From: Vicugna vicugna
Lineage: Eukaryota
Assembly: GCA_013265495.1 (NCBI GenBank)
Contig: MU057781.1
Span: 870,001 to 934,000 of the forward strand
DNA length: 64,000 nt
Reading direction: 5' to 3'
Shown here piece after piece: positions 13,259-25,600 of this stretch. The notes under the pieces are model-generated. The model was not told the DNA's origin and made no database searches. It worked only from the letters and a program-made list of their open reading frames with translations. Position 1 is the stretch's first letter. Every line of letters starts with the position of its first letter. The translations under genes and the position numbers were made by a program.

Positions 13259-13825
13259 TGTAACAGTCGGAGTTCTCAGGGGTCCAGTACTTTGAGTCGG
13301 ACTGAGTAAAGCGGCGTCTCAGAGGTGTGGGCGGAGTTTAAGGAAACCGAGAGGGCAGGGCGTTCCCAGGCACATGGAGCTGGAACCGCCCTGGACCGGA
13401 AGCTGCACCGTGGGTGTTAAGGGGACCCCACGGGGGGCTGTTTGCAGAGAGACCCCTGCAGGGCTGTGCCCCTGGGAAGAGGCACAAGCTGGCAGAGCCA
13501 GTCAGGAAGTTACTCCCTGATCTCCCCCTCTGGCTGTAGAGGAGGCAGGGAGCCTGGCGGAGAAGTTCTCAAAGGCTGAGGGAAATCTCTGCAGCCCATC
13601 CCTCAGCGGGGAGCTCCCCAGCCCTCCCCCAAGGCAGTCACCAGACTGCCACCCCTCTCCAAGGAGGCCGACGTGCTGGGAGCAGACAGGGTCTCACCCA
13701 GACTGCAGTCAGTCCCGCCCGGCTCCGTCCTGGACTGGACTGCGGGGTGCGCCTCCCCTCCTCTCTCCAGAAGGTGATGACTGATGGAAAGAGGGTCGTC
13801 TGTACCTCGCTGGTTCTTCCACACA
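13259..13825. mobile_element. Probable ancient LTR-like insertion, family uncertain
   Basis: GC-richer block starting TGTAAC between two L1 blocks. CAGAGGTGTGGGCGGAGTTTAAGGAAACC resembles old mammalian LTRs. Confidence 0.3.
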
Positions 13826-13869
13826 CAGTGTTGAGCATATAACAAATAACTACCAAACAAGGGAAGAGG

Positions 13870-14900
13870 CAAGGGAATATGACCCACAAATAAGAGGAAA
13901 AGTAGGCGACAGAAGTAGACCCAAAGGTGATGCAGACGTTAGTGGTAGCAGACAAGGACTTTAAATAACTGTGACAAACATGAAAGAAAATTGAGGACAA
14001 GATGGATTAAGTAGATGAAGAGATGAAAATTTCACCAGAGAATTGAGGTCTTTAAAACATTATGGTTTAAATGATAAAAACACTAAATGGACGTTCTGTA
14101 ACTGCAGTATTCAGTATGTGAAGTTGATAAAGCATCAGTGGCTTTAAGCAAGGACACAGGATCGGTGAACTGGAAGGCAGGTTCATAGGAAGCACCCCGA
14201 CTGTAGCGCGGAAAGTAAAACAGGCAGCGGAAAGAGGAACGTGCGACAGACGCACGGAGCGCGTGCAGCCGCTCTAGCGTAGCTGCAGCTGGAGTTCCAG
14301 AAAGAGAGGAGACAGGACGGAGCAGGAGCAACGTGCAAAGAGCTAACGACCTAGAATTTTCCAGGACTGATGGAAGACATCAGCCCATGAATTCAAGGAG
14401 CTCTGCAGACCCCAAGCAGAAAAATCAAGCTAATGAAACCCAAGGACATTATGAATCCCAGGAAAATATAAAGCTGTGTAACAAAGGAACTATAATCAAA
14501 GTGCCTTTTACAGCTCAGGGGAACGACATTTACCTCCTCTAATTACACAGTCACTGACTTCAATACAGTAAAAATTGTGACATATCCTGCGAACACGCGG
14601 GAAGAGAAGTTCACGGGTCTGCGAGTGGTGGAGGCAACAGAAGAGCGTTTAACCTTCATCTTCCAGACTAAGAAGCCGATAGAGAATACTTAAAACCGAA
14701 AACCAAGCAATGATAGGGTAAGTATGTTATTTAGAAATTAATTCATAAATAGCTGGAGAAATTTCTAAAAACAGCTGAAGACAGTGACCCCTGGGAGCAG
14801 GAAGAGAAGTAAGAGGAGTTGAGCGTTACGTTATAAACCTTGCCAGGCAGTTCTGACTTTTAAAATTAAGTACGTGTTACTTTGATTCAAATTAAGATTA
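13870..14900 (+). mobile_element. Ancient L1 fragments (ORF1-like region plus L1MC/ME-like 3' end)
   Basis: A-rich; GCAGACAAGGACTTTAAATAACT, GGAGTTCCAGAAAGAGAGGAGA and GAATTTTCCAGGACTGATGGAAGACATC resemble L1 ORF1; 3'-end-like tail ACTTTGATTCAAATTAA. Confidence 0.7.
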
Positions 14901-15550
14901 ATGATGATTAAGTATTATCGAATGCCTTTGGTGGTATCTTTTGGTAATCACGTTATCTTATTTCTAATTTCACCCACTAATATGATTAAATTGTTGGTAC
15001 AATTTAGATTGAATAATTTTAACTCATCCTTGCTTTCAAGGAATAAATTTAATGCACTGAACATATCATTAATTTAAGATAGTGATTGAATTGAATTTGC
15101 TAAGAATTCATTCAGAGTTCTTGTATCTGTATCATAACTGAGATCATATCAGAAGGTTTTCTTGTAATCTTATCTCCGCTAATTCTTAGTGTCAGAGTCA
15201 AATTAGATATACGCAGTTAGTTAATTGGGAAGCTGTCCATATTTTCCATCAATTATGAATTTATATGGCGTTGGAAGTATCTGTTCCTTAAAATTTTGAA
15301 GTAATTCAGCCATCACATTGTATTGATCCGGCCCTACTTATGTGAATGATTCTCTGGCTTTCAGTTCATTCCAAGGCTATTCATTCACTATTAAAGTGTT
15401 CAAGTCTCCTCATGAGACAATTTTGGAAAAGCACATTTTCCTAGAAAATTGCGTCTTTCTTTGAAGTGTAAAACCTTACCTGAATAGTGCTGTGTATAAT
15501 GTCACTTATGAGTTTTACACTGCTGTGTTATTTTGTAAGAATTGTTTTTG
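14900..15550 (-). mobile_element. Ancient L1 ORF2 fragment, antisense
   Basis: Very AT-rich; TTGAATTGAATTTGCTAAGAATTC and ATCTGTTCCTTAAAATTTTGAAGTAATTCAGC are typical antisense L1 RT-region motifs. Confidence 0.65.
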
Positions 15551-16384
15551 ATGCTCAGTATCGCTAATTATCAGAGAAACGCAAACCAAAACAATGAGGC
15601 GTCACCTCACACCAGGCAGAATTGCCGTTATTAAAAAGTTCACAAACAATAAATGGTGGAGACCGTGTGGAGGAAAAGGAACCCTCCTACACTGCTGGTG
15701 GCAATGCAGTTTGGTGCAGCCATTATGGAGAACAGTATGGAGATTCCTCAAAAAACTGAAAATAGACTTACCCTATGATCCAGCAATCCCACTCCTGGGC
15801 GTATATCCAGAGGGAACTCTAATTTGAAAAGACACCTGCACCCCCATGTTCACAGCAGCACTGTGTACAAGAGCCAGGACATGGAAGCAACCTAAGTGTC
15901 CATCGGCAGATGACTGGATGAAGAAGTTGTGGTGTATTTATACAATGGAATACTACGCAGTCATGAAATAATGCCATTTGCAACAACATGGATAGACCTA
16001 GAGGTGATCATACTAAGTGAAGTGACTCAGGCAGAGAGAGACAAACACCACATGGTATCACTTATATGTGGAGTTTTAAAAAATGATGCAAATGAACTTA
16101 TTCACAAAACAGAGACACACTCACCGACATAGAAAACAAGTTTATGGTTACCAAAGGGGAAGTGGGCATAAGTTAGGGATAAATTAGGAGTCTGGGATTT
16201 GCAGATACTATTATGTATAAATTTGATAAACAACAAGGTCCTACTATGTAGCACAGAGAAATATCTTCAACACCTTGTACTGGCCTATAATGAAAAAGGA
16301 TATTAAAAAGAGTATATAACTGAATCACTTTGCTGTACACCTGAACCTAACACAGCATTGTAAATCAGCTAAACTTCAAAAAAA
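15551..16384 (+). mobile_element. 5'-truncated, relatively young L1 (ORF2 C-terminus, 3'UTR, poly-A)
   Basis: ORF 15594-15827 gives [45 protein letters not shown] (L1 ORF2 Cys-rich domain). ORF 15929-16132 gives MPFATTWIDLEVIILSEVTQAERDKHHMVSLICG. Ends CTTCAAAAAAA. Confidence 0.95.
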
Positions 16385-19300
16385 TTTTTTGACATTTAAC
16401 TCTGTTTTATAACCAAATACAATATTTAGACTAATTCTATGTGTGATCAATTTCAAAACTCATCACAATTTCTTTAAATTTCAGGACGACCTCGCCACCG
16501 TGCCCTCCATCCAGCACTGCCCTCCGCGGCCGGCAGGCAGGCACCGCCCTCTGCGGTCCTAACGCAGACTTCACCCTCCAGCTCATTTCTCTGTAATCTT
16601 ACTTTTGTTCTCTTTCTGTCCAGCAACGCTTTCATTTTTGTTTTTTGGGGAGGGTTATTTAAACACATAAATGGTAATTTTTTAATGGAGGTGCCGGTGT
16701 GAGCTTTGCTCGGCCTGCCACTCTCACTTCCCTCTGATGCTGAGGCAGTGGCTCTTCTTTTGACGTCGTGTCTCATCCCGCTGAGACCTCTTACCCGTCC
16801 CCTGTCTCCCTAGTGCATCTAGTCCTGATTTTAATAAGAGCACAGAGCAGACACTTCCACACGTATACGCCTCCCTGTTACAAGACACTTTGTGATGCAC
16901 GTTTCATCTTCACCTTGGTTGCTCTGTTCTCCATCTCCTAGGGCAAAGGACAGCTTACAGGCCCAAGTGGGTTTCCGGGGTGCGTGTGCGTGTGTGGGTG
17001 AGCAAGTCGTGTGCCCACACAGGGGTGTTTGTGTATGTTTGCATATGTGAGGGTGTGTTGTGTGTTTGTGTACAGCCCAAGTGTGCATCCTGTTTGTCAC
17101 CCTGGAGGGGCTGGCGGCCCTGAGAGCTGGTGAAGGCAGCCCTTTCTGCATGGAAGCTTCTGGATCCCCTGAAACCCCTTTGCTTTCCAACATAGTTGGG
17201 GTGCTCAGTGTGCACAGCCCCCGGCCGCCCCTGATGTCTGCCAGGCCTGCAGCTCGGGTGGAGGCTACTGGCTGCCCACCCCCTGAGAACCGATCCTGGC
17301 CTCCCTCCCACAGGGACTGCCTGAGAGCCGTGGCCGGGGCGTGACCCGCTCTTACTGCCCGGCCCCGTCCGTTACAGACCCTGGGCCTGAGGGAGGCACC
17401 CCCAGGCCTGCCACCAGCTGGGCGGGCGTGGGCAGATGGGCTCCCAGGCTGGGGCTGGGACTCTGCCCCTGCCTGCTGGCCGAGGGTCCAGCCTTCCGTG
17501 GGAGGACGTATCCAGCAGCCGCTCTGCTCTTTAGGGCGTGTGAGCTCCCCCGCGATCAATAAGCCATTTACAGCCGCAGAAAGGGGCGCTCCTGCGGCTG
17601 ACGGCCCCGTGGCATTTCGGCGGAGAAGCATTAATCAGCAGCAACCTTTGCGTCTGTCAATTGCCTGTCCCACCCGCCCGCCTGCTGCATGTTCCCAAAG
17701 TCCGGCCAGCATCGGCAGCAGCTGTGGGGTCCTCACTGGCCGAGGGGGGCTGGGGGCGGCAGCTGACGCCTCTGGTGGCCCAGGCGTGGGCGGGTCTCAC
17801 CCCATTTCAGCCCTGATCTCTGCCGGGTGCCCCACCCTCAGTCTCACCCCTCCAACTCCCTCCTAAGGACACCCCCATCAGGCTCCTGGCTACTCAGGCC
17901 CCACCGGCCCTGTGACTTCACCTCCTGCCCCTTCCCCTCCCCCACCTGGAGCCCACTCCTCCTGGCCCAGGGGGTCTCCGGCCTCACCTCCAGGCCTGGC
18001 ATGTCGCAGGTGAGCTGACAGCTGACCCCACCCACCCCTGCGCGTCCTGTGTCCTATCGCATCCTGCTGGTATGGGCTGACCTGCTCCCTCGGAGGTGAC
18101 CTGGGAGACCCCCACCCCTTCCAGAGCCTGAGTCCTCTGGTGGGTCAGGAGAAGGACCATGAGCTCCAAAAGGAGTCGGAACCAACTGCCTCCCCAGTGC
18201 CTCCTGGCGAAGCCACCTGGAGTGTGTGAGATCCCCGTGGACATGCAGGGGGCTGGGAGGGACGACGGGGCTGGCCAGGATGGCCAGGGGCCATGTCTAG
18301 GACATGCTGGTTCACTCAGTGCTGGCCCGGTGGCCCCAGTACACAGGCTGTCGCCCAGAGGCAGCCTAGGGCGAAGGTGACTGAAGGCCCGCCCAGCCAT
18401 TGCTGCCCCCACCCCCCAGCACAGCACGCTCTTCAGGTGGCCCGGCGGTTCTTAGGCCTGGAGCGTGTCCCACGTGGGAAGACGCTTTCCACTGGTGTGG
18501 CCACAGGGGCTGGGGACTTCACTGCTTCACACTTCCTTAGCAATGGGGGTGCACCTGCTTAGGGTTCCCTCGGACCCCGGGTCCCAGGGTGGGCAAGGGC
18601 ACGACAGAACCACAGCTGCAGACCTGGGATTGTGCTGAGGCAGACAGGGAAGGGCCGAGCCTGGACAAGCAGCAGGGCCCTTCCCCACCTGCACAGGTCG
18701 CCCTGGGGGTGCTGAAGGGCAGGGGCGCTGGGATGTCTGCACTCCTGCCTGCTTCTCACCCAGCAGCCCACCAGCTGCCCACCGGGGGGAGCCCAGAGCC
18801 TGAGCCCCACTGTAACTTGTGTCTGTGTGGGAGCGGCCTCAGGGGCCACTCCACACAGCCGTCTGCCCCCTGGGCCTGAGGACAGCGAGACGCTCGGCCC
18901 CGCAGTGAGGCTGAAGGAGAGAGCAGGGCTCCTCAGAGCAGATCCAGTTCCAGGCACCCCCATCCCCGTGGAGCAGTGCCAGCTGTGTGGCTCTGAGCCC
19001 GGCAAGGCCACTTGGTCTCATGCAATTTCCAATGCTCCTCGCAGGCCCGGAAGGAGCGCTGTGCGCTGCGGTGTCGCATGTCTGAGAAACGTCCTCCCTG
19101 GGGCCCAGCAGCGAGCCCAGAGGTCCTGGGGCCCCACGTGGGGCCCAGCGAGGAGCTGCTGCTCCAGCCGCCCCATATACACGGTGGGGGTGTGGGGCCG
19201 GAGACAGGCCCACCTCCAGGGGTCTGGACGGGCACCCAGACAGGCTGGCAGATGGCCTGACCTGTGACTTGCAGCAAAGCCAGGAGTGTCCTGCCCACGC

Positions 19301-20109
19301 ACACCCCCCGGGGTGGATGACGGTCCACGCGGGCCTCCCGGACCCCCGCCCATGGTGCCGCTTGTTGGCTGTGGGGTCCCGGCCTGGCTGAGTCAGAGCC
19401 CGAGCCCAGCACTGCGTGAGCCCAGGGCCGGCCCCCCTTGCCCCTCCCCGCTGCAGCTGGTGCCAAAGAGCAGAGTTAGAAAGGAGCGGCGCCCAGCTGG
19501 CGAGTTCAGGGCCCTGACCTCACAGCCACTCCCGCTCGCTGGGCCGGGCCCCACCCTGCTGGCTGAGGAGGCCAGGGAGACGCGCAGGAGGCCCTCAGCC
19601 CCAGCCCGCGGCCGCTCCTCCAGCCGAAATGGGCGCAGGACGAGCTGCTCGCCGGCAGGGCCCTGAGCACAGAGCCTCACCCCACAAATGGGCCGCTGTG
19701 CTCTGCACCCTGGACTCAGGGGCGCAGGCCCCATCTGGGCACCAGCCTGAGAGGGACCTCCCTGCCCTGCGCGCCTGCCTGGAGGCGAATCGTGCCAGTG
19801 GTTCCTGAGGGTCCGGAGGCGTCTCTAGGCTGCGGACGGCATTTGCTGGGCCCTTGTGGTGGGGGTGGGGTTCACCCTTAGGCCGTTGTCCGGATGGGGT
19901 TGAGGCTGCCGTCCTGAGTGACTGAGGTAGAGAACACGGAGAAACTCCCTACGAGGGAACACCCGCCTTGGGGTCTCGGTGGGAGGGCAGAGCCCGAGCG
20001 CTGGGCAGGGCTGGAAGCAGGGTGCTGACCAGACCGGCGCCAAGGCCGGGCCCCAGGGCCCCAGGCAGCAATGGGGTTTGGTGCCTTCCCAAAGCACTGC
20101 ACAGTGCCT

Positions 20110-20725
20110 GCCAGCTAGAACATTCTAACTACGATTTTTGTGGCTGTATTAACAAACAAGAGTGGACACGTCTTCCTGCTGGTTACAGCCACGGAGCCTG
20201 GATCCACCTTCGTGGCTCAAGCGTTCATGGAGCAAGGAAAAAACCAACCAGTTTCCATGAAATTATACCATGCAATGTTTTCTGACCACAATGCAAAGAG
20301 TTATGAGTGAAAACAATATTTTTCAAATAATCCTAATGATTTAAGATAGTAAAAGTAATCTTTTAAAGCCTTCGTTTGGAAAATAAAATACGCATTTCCA
20401 AATGATGCACGAGTCAAACCCTGACGCCCGATGGAAATTAGAAACACTAAGACCTGACTTATTGTGAACACACCACGTGACGTTTTGCAGCGTGTGAGGC
20501 TGCTCGCGTGTGCGGTTCGCAAAGTGGGTCTCAGAGGCAGCTGTGCAACCTGCAAAGAAGAAAATCAAAAGAGGCATGTGTCCACCTTAAATCGGAAAAA
20601 GAACAAGAGGCTAAAACCAATAGAAGTAGGAGAAAAAGGCAGAGATACGAGCAGAAATTAATGAGACACAAAATGAAAGGCGCAGAGGGGAGGAAGGAAG
20701 AGGAAAGTTGTGTCGGAAAGACAAA

Positions 20726-20775
<50 letters not shown>

Positions 20776-21160
20776 CCAAATTAACACTAGGGATTAGGAA
20801 CGAAAGGGGCAATCAGCTAACACACACAGAAGTTCTAAAAGGTGAAAGTACCATGAGCCACTCAATTTAAAATCTTATTCAAAATGAACAAATGCCCAGA
20901 AGCATTGTTATGACTTTAAAAAATTGATTCAAGAGGAGAGACAAAACCGAGTATTTCTATGACGTTTGGGACATTTAACCATCAGCTGAAAATCTTCCTA
21001 CAAGAAAAGTCCCTGATGGGGTTACATGGATGTGTTCTACCAAACGTCCAAGGAACAGATTTTTCCAGTCGTATGCAGACTTCCTGAGAATAGACACAGG
21101 GGGATGTCTCCCCAAATTTTTCTGAGGCCAGCGTAACTTTTAGAACAAAGCTAGACAAGA
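20110..21160 (+). mobile_element. Old L1 ORF2 fragments
   Basis: A-rich; TTCTACCAAACGTCCAAGGAACAGAT and CCAAATTTTTCTGAGGCCAGCGTAAC correspond to L1 FYQTFKE / PNSFYEAS coding segments. Confidence 0.75.
20728..20770. repeat. (GA)n microsatellite
   Basis: Perfect GA run of about 20 units. Confidence 0.97.
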
Positions 21161-21420
21161 TGGGGGAAGATGGGTGGGAAGGGCTAATCCGAGAGATCAA
21201 GATCTAGATACTAACCACTGCAGGTAAAGCAGATGGACAACAAGGCACGGGGAGCTGCACTCGGTATCCTGTAGCAACCTGCGTGGGAAGGAGTGTGAAC
21301 GCATGTATGTGTGTGTACGGCTGAATTATTATGCTGCACGCCAGAAACTGACACGTTGTAAACTGTTCTGCAATTTAAAAAAAGAAAAAAGGAGAAAATA
21401 ATCTTTAAAATAAAAAAACG
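21161..21420 (+). mobile_element. Short L1 3'-end insertion with A-rich tail, nested in an older L1
   Basis: Similar to the 3'UTR of the 15551-16384 L1 (CAACAAGG...TGCTGCACGCCAGAAACTGACACGTTGTAAA). Flanked by AAAGCTAGACAAGA (21147-21160) and AAAACGAGACAAGA (21415-21428). Confidence 0.8.
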
Positions 21421-22350
21421 AGACAAGAATAGTACCAGAAAATACGTTTTAGTCCAATCTCGCTCCTAAGTAAGGATGTAAAACCCTAAACGAGTTATTA
21501 GCAAACTGAACCCGAACGAAACCGTGTTTTTAAAAAGTGGTGACACTCGTAACCAAGTCGCGTTTATCCCAGGAATGTGAGGGTGTGAAATAGTAGGAAA
21601 CCTTCTTTTGGATGAAAATCTTTTTTAATTGTTTTTCTGACCTTGTAGTAAGGAAGGATTTAAGCAAGACATGGAAAGGTTAACCACAGCAGAAAGTGTT
21701 TCAGAAAGTGACTGTATTAGAATTTACAACTCCCGTTCGTCAGAACGCACCCCGTGGACATACAGCCGCTCACCAGAGGGAGATGTTTGCTCGCTTCTTC
21801 CCAGTTTTACTGAGATGGAATTGACAGATAACACGGCACACATTCACGGTGTGGAACACAACGACTTGCTGTATGTCAGCTGCAGAACTGTCGCCGCAGG
21901 AAGCTTCACTGATACCTGTCACGCACATACAGCGGATCCGCCCCTTTGTGATGAGGGCCTTTGAGACCCACACTCCCAGCAACGTTTAAGCACACAACAT
22001 GGTGCTGTTAACTATGAAGATGCTTTAACGTACATACGTTTCAAGTGATGGCTACGCGGTATTTTTCAAGGCATGTTACCTGCATATGTATATATACTTA
22101 CGTATGTATAAGAATAACACAAACAGTCCAATGGAAAAATGGGCAAAGGGCACGAAGCAGAGAGGGAAGCACAGTGGCCACAGATCGCACAAAAGGAAGG
22201 GCCCTGTCCCTCAGTCCCACGGAAACTGTCCGCTGGCAGCACTCAGGAAGCGTGACCCGATCGGTGTCGGAATGCTGTTTCGGAAGAACGCCTCGACGGC
22301 GTGGCTGGGGGTGTGAGTTCGGGGAGCATCTTGGCATTTCCTGTTCAGCT
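21421..22350. mobile_element. Further L1 fragments: sense ORF2 continuation, antisense 3'-end piece at ~21800-22010, sense piece at ~22110-22350
   Basis: TTATTAGCAAACTGAA, TTTATCCCAGGAATGTGAGGGTG, antisense TTTTACTGAGATGGAATTGACAGATAAC, and CCAATGGAAAAATGGGCAAAGG. Confidence 0.7.
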
Positions 22351-22539
22351 GAAGGTTCACAAAACTTGCCCCTGCAGGTTGCCCCCTAGACACGCACTTC
22401 CCCCCCGACGCCGGGGCTGCCTCCCTCCTCTTCTTCAGGCCAGGCCCTTCTCAGCGAACTTCCCCAGCGTCTCTGCCCACCTGGTTGGAGCCTCAGAGCC
22501 ACATCACTGCCCAGCGGCCAGCACTTCCTTCCATCTCCT

Positions 22540-22690
22540 GTGTCCGCCGCTTCCTTGGGGATGGAAGTTCTGCGGCAGGTCTGTCGGCCCCGCTCCCTGC
22601 TGCACCCTCGCCCAGGGCAGCGCCCGCACGTGCTAGACACCCAGTCCGTACTTGGTGTGTAAGGGAATGAGTGAGTGAATGGAAGGATGG
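22540..22690 (+). mobile_element. LINE-2 3' end
   Basis: Ends in the L2-type tail GGAATGAGTGAGTGAATGGAAGGATGG. Confidence 0.5.
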
Positions 22691-25600
22691 GTGACCCACG
22701 TCACGGGGGGCACTGGTCTGGCCTTCTGGCTGCCCATAGCAGGCACACCTGAGATATTTGGGGGCTCGGGGAAATCCCTTTGGGGCCACACCTCTGAGCT
22801 GTTCACCATTCTCACATGTTGCGGGGACTTCCCACCCTCTGTGTCCACATATCCTGCAAACAGCCGAGGGCCTGGGGTGCCTCTCAGCCCACAGGCCCTG
22901 GGGGTGGGCTTGGGGCCGCGGGGCAGGTGTTCAGGGTCCCGGTTCCTGGGGCGCGTTCCAGAGCCCTCGCCCGGCCCTGTGAAGGCACAGGGGTCCCCTG
23001 GGGTCTGCTGAAAGGCGATCCTCAGCTGGGGCCCAGGAGGGGCCTGAGACTGCATTTCGGACATGCATCCAGGTGGTGCTTGGACACCGTTGGGGTGTCA
23101 GTGACCATGGGCGCAGGGCCCTCTCCTGGATTTTAAGGACAGTGCCCAGTGCTGGACTCGACCCGCACGGACCCGGCCCGGCTGGGATGGGAGGAGGTGC
23201 ATGCGGGCCCTTGTGCTTACAGGGGACCGGCTGCACCTCTCAGGAAGACACAGGGTGAAGTGAGGCCAACAGTCCAGGGGGCCGGGAAAGGAGGTGCCCA
23301 GAGGAGAAGGAGCTTCAGTGAGGGGCTTGATGAGAGCAGGCTGCCCTCATCAGGTGCCAGTGCGGCTCCCCCACCCCCGTCCTGGTGTCCTAGGGTCCTG
23401 GGCCCCACGGCTTTCCCCCAAGGGTCGCTCCTCCAGGCCACCTGGGTACCTCCATCCGCCTGCTCCCGCCTCCCTTCTCAGGCCCCAGCTCTGGAACCAC
23501 CCACTTCCGTCGCTGAAGCCCTGCTGCCTGGGGCCCAGCTCCTCGGAGGAGACCCCGTCGCGGCAGCCTCCACCCGACAGCGGAGGACAGAGGATGGCGG
23601 CTGAGGGGCCTCACCCCGAGCTCTGTGCTGCCGTCCCCCCAGCAGGACCTGAGGGGTGCTCGGTCACATTCCCCCCTTTGAGAAGTGTGCCCTGAAAACC
23701 CGGCCGCCGGCCTTGGAAAGGCTGAGAAGCCCTGCTCAAGAAACGGCTAAATACGTTACCAGGGCCTGGGAGGGGCACCCAGGCCTGGACAGGCCTGCAG
23801 ACGACCCCAGAATCAAATCAAGCAGGCCATTTAGCTCGACAGAGCTCAGGTCTGTGGCAGGGAGAATTGCATCAGCGGCCTGGAGCCCCAGGACAACGAG
23901 ATTACTGCTGAGGGTGTGGTGCTGGGGGACCCTCGGGCACGAGGGCACGACCCACACGTGCTCCTGGTCAGAACTGGCTTCTTCCTAAAGGGAGCACACA
24001 GAGCCAGGCCAGCAGCGTCCAGGCGGTCCTCACACTGCCCTCTGGGCTCCTCGGGACCCTCCAGGCCGCCCTCACTGGAGGTGGGGAGCTTTTCCTCCCA
24101 TCCACATACAAGTGAGCGTCCCTCCAGGAGGCCTTCCTGGAGGAGGGGTCTGGAGAGCCAGGAGCTGCAGGAGCCCGCACCTGTCTGGCCTCCCTGCCTC
24201 AGTGAGACCCTTTGTGTTGGTTGGGCGAGCAGTTCGGGCTGGGGTGGCACGGGCTGCGGTCTGTCTGTGGGAGGCTCTGAGACCTGCCCTCCACCCCCGG
24301 GGCTCCCAGGCTCCATGTCCGCCCTGAGTGTGGGAGGAGCCGCAGTCCTGGATTTCCCCCAAGATCTGGGCCTGTGTGTGCCCCCAGCTGTGTCCCCCTG
24401 CCCAGCTCAGTGCCCCCTACCTCCGCTGGGTGTTCCCCCTCCCAGGCAGTGACAGCAGCTGCCTGGTCCATCTTGTCCCTTCTGTGGCAAAGGTGGGCAC
24501 AGTTGGACCTGAACAGCCGCACTGGAGGGTCCAGGGCCCCCTGGGCAGCTCCTGTGGGTCCCAGGGCCCCCGCCCCAGGCCATGGCGCCCACCCCACCCC
24601 TGCTCCAGGGCTGGGTCCTGGGGGCGCCCATTCCAGGCACAGGCGTGAGACCGAGCCGGTGTGACCGCCGGGAGTGGAGGGCAGGAGCTGCAGCTCTCCT
24701 GTGAGAACAGCTTGTAACCTCCAGGCCTCTGGCCTTTGGGGGGGGGGTGGAGGAGGGGCTGGGGGAGGGAGGCCTGCCTCTCAGCCTGCGGGGAGCCACC
24801 TCGGGTCCCCTCGCCCCCCTTCCCTGGCGGTGAGCTGCCCTGGAAGGCCGGTAAGAGGACAGCACGGGGTGGGGGGGCACCGTGGGAGCCCAGGGTGAGG
24901 CCGCTGGGCTCCCGGGCTCCCCGCGGGAGCTTTCTTCCTGGGGCCTCACTTCCCTGGCAGGAGACGAGGGGCGTGCCAGCTCTGGCCGGGTCCTGGCCCG
25001 GTCAGCTGAGTGATGCCCCGTGTTCTGCCTTCTCCACCAGTCCTGGCTGGGGGCACCTGAGTCACCCTCACTTCCATCTAAGTGAGGCCTTACGTCCACC
25101 TTTGCTGCAGCTGCCGTGTCGGCTCTCCCGCAGTGACCCCGTGTGGTCGTCTCCCCCCACCTTGATCCTCCCCCTTTCCACTCCTCAGCCCCGCCAGGTG
25201 CCCTGCCAGGTGCCCCACCAACACGCCGGGGGCTCCCTGGGGCTTACAGGGTGCTAGTCGGGGGCTTTGGCTTCGCTGTGCTGCAGGGACCCCCAGAGGA
25301 TGGGCGCACAGGGTCCTTGTCCTTACCCGGCTCCCCTGGGCTCCGTCTTGATCGTCCTCTGGAGCCCCTGCTGTGGGCACAGCCTTGTGCGGGTGCGGGA
25401 ACACAAGGCACGTGAGGCAGGCCGGGCGTCCCAGGAACGCTGGGCTCTCCTGCCCCAGGGCCAGCGGGCGTCCTGGTTTGGCTCCACCAGCCCTGGCTGG
25501 GAGGCCTGCGCCTTGGGCTCAGCTCAGCAAAGGCGGGGAACCAGGCGGTCCCGGGGCCCCCGGCAGTGTCCCAGGCCGCCTTCTAGGAGTGTGGCCAGCC

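Noticed and set aside
15594..16132. L1 ORF2-like ORFs as a functional gene
   Set aside because: 5'-truncated L1 with stops and frameshifts.
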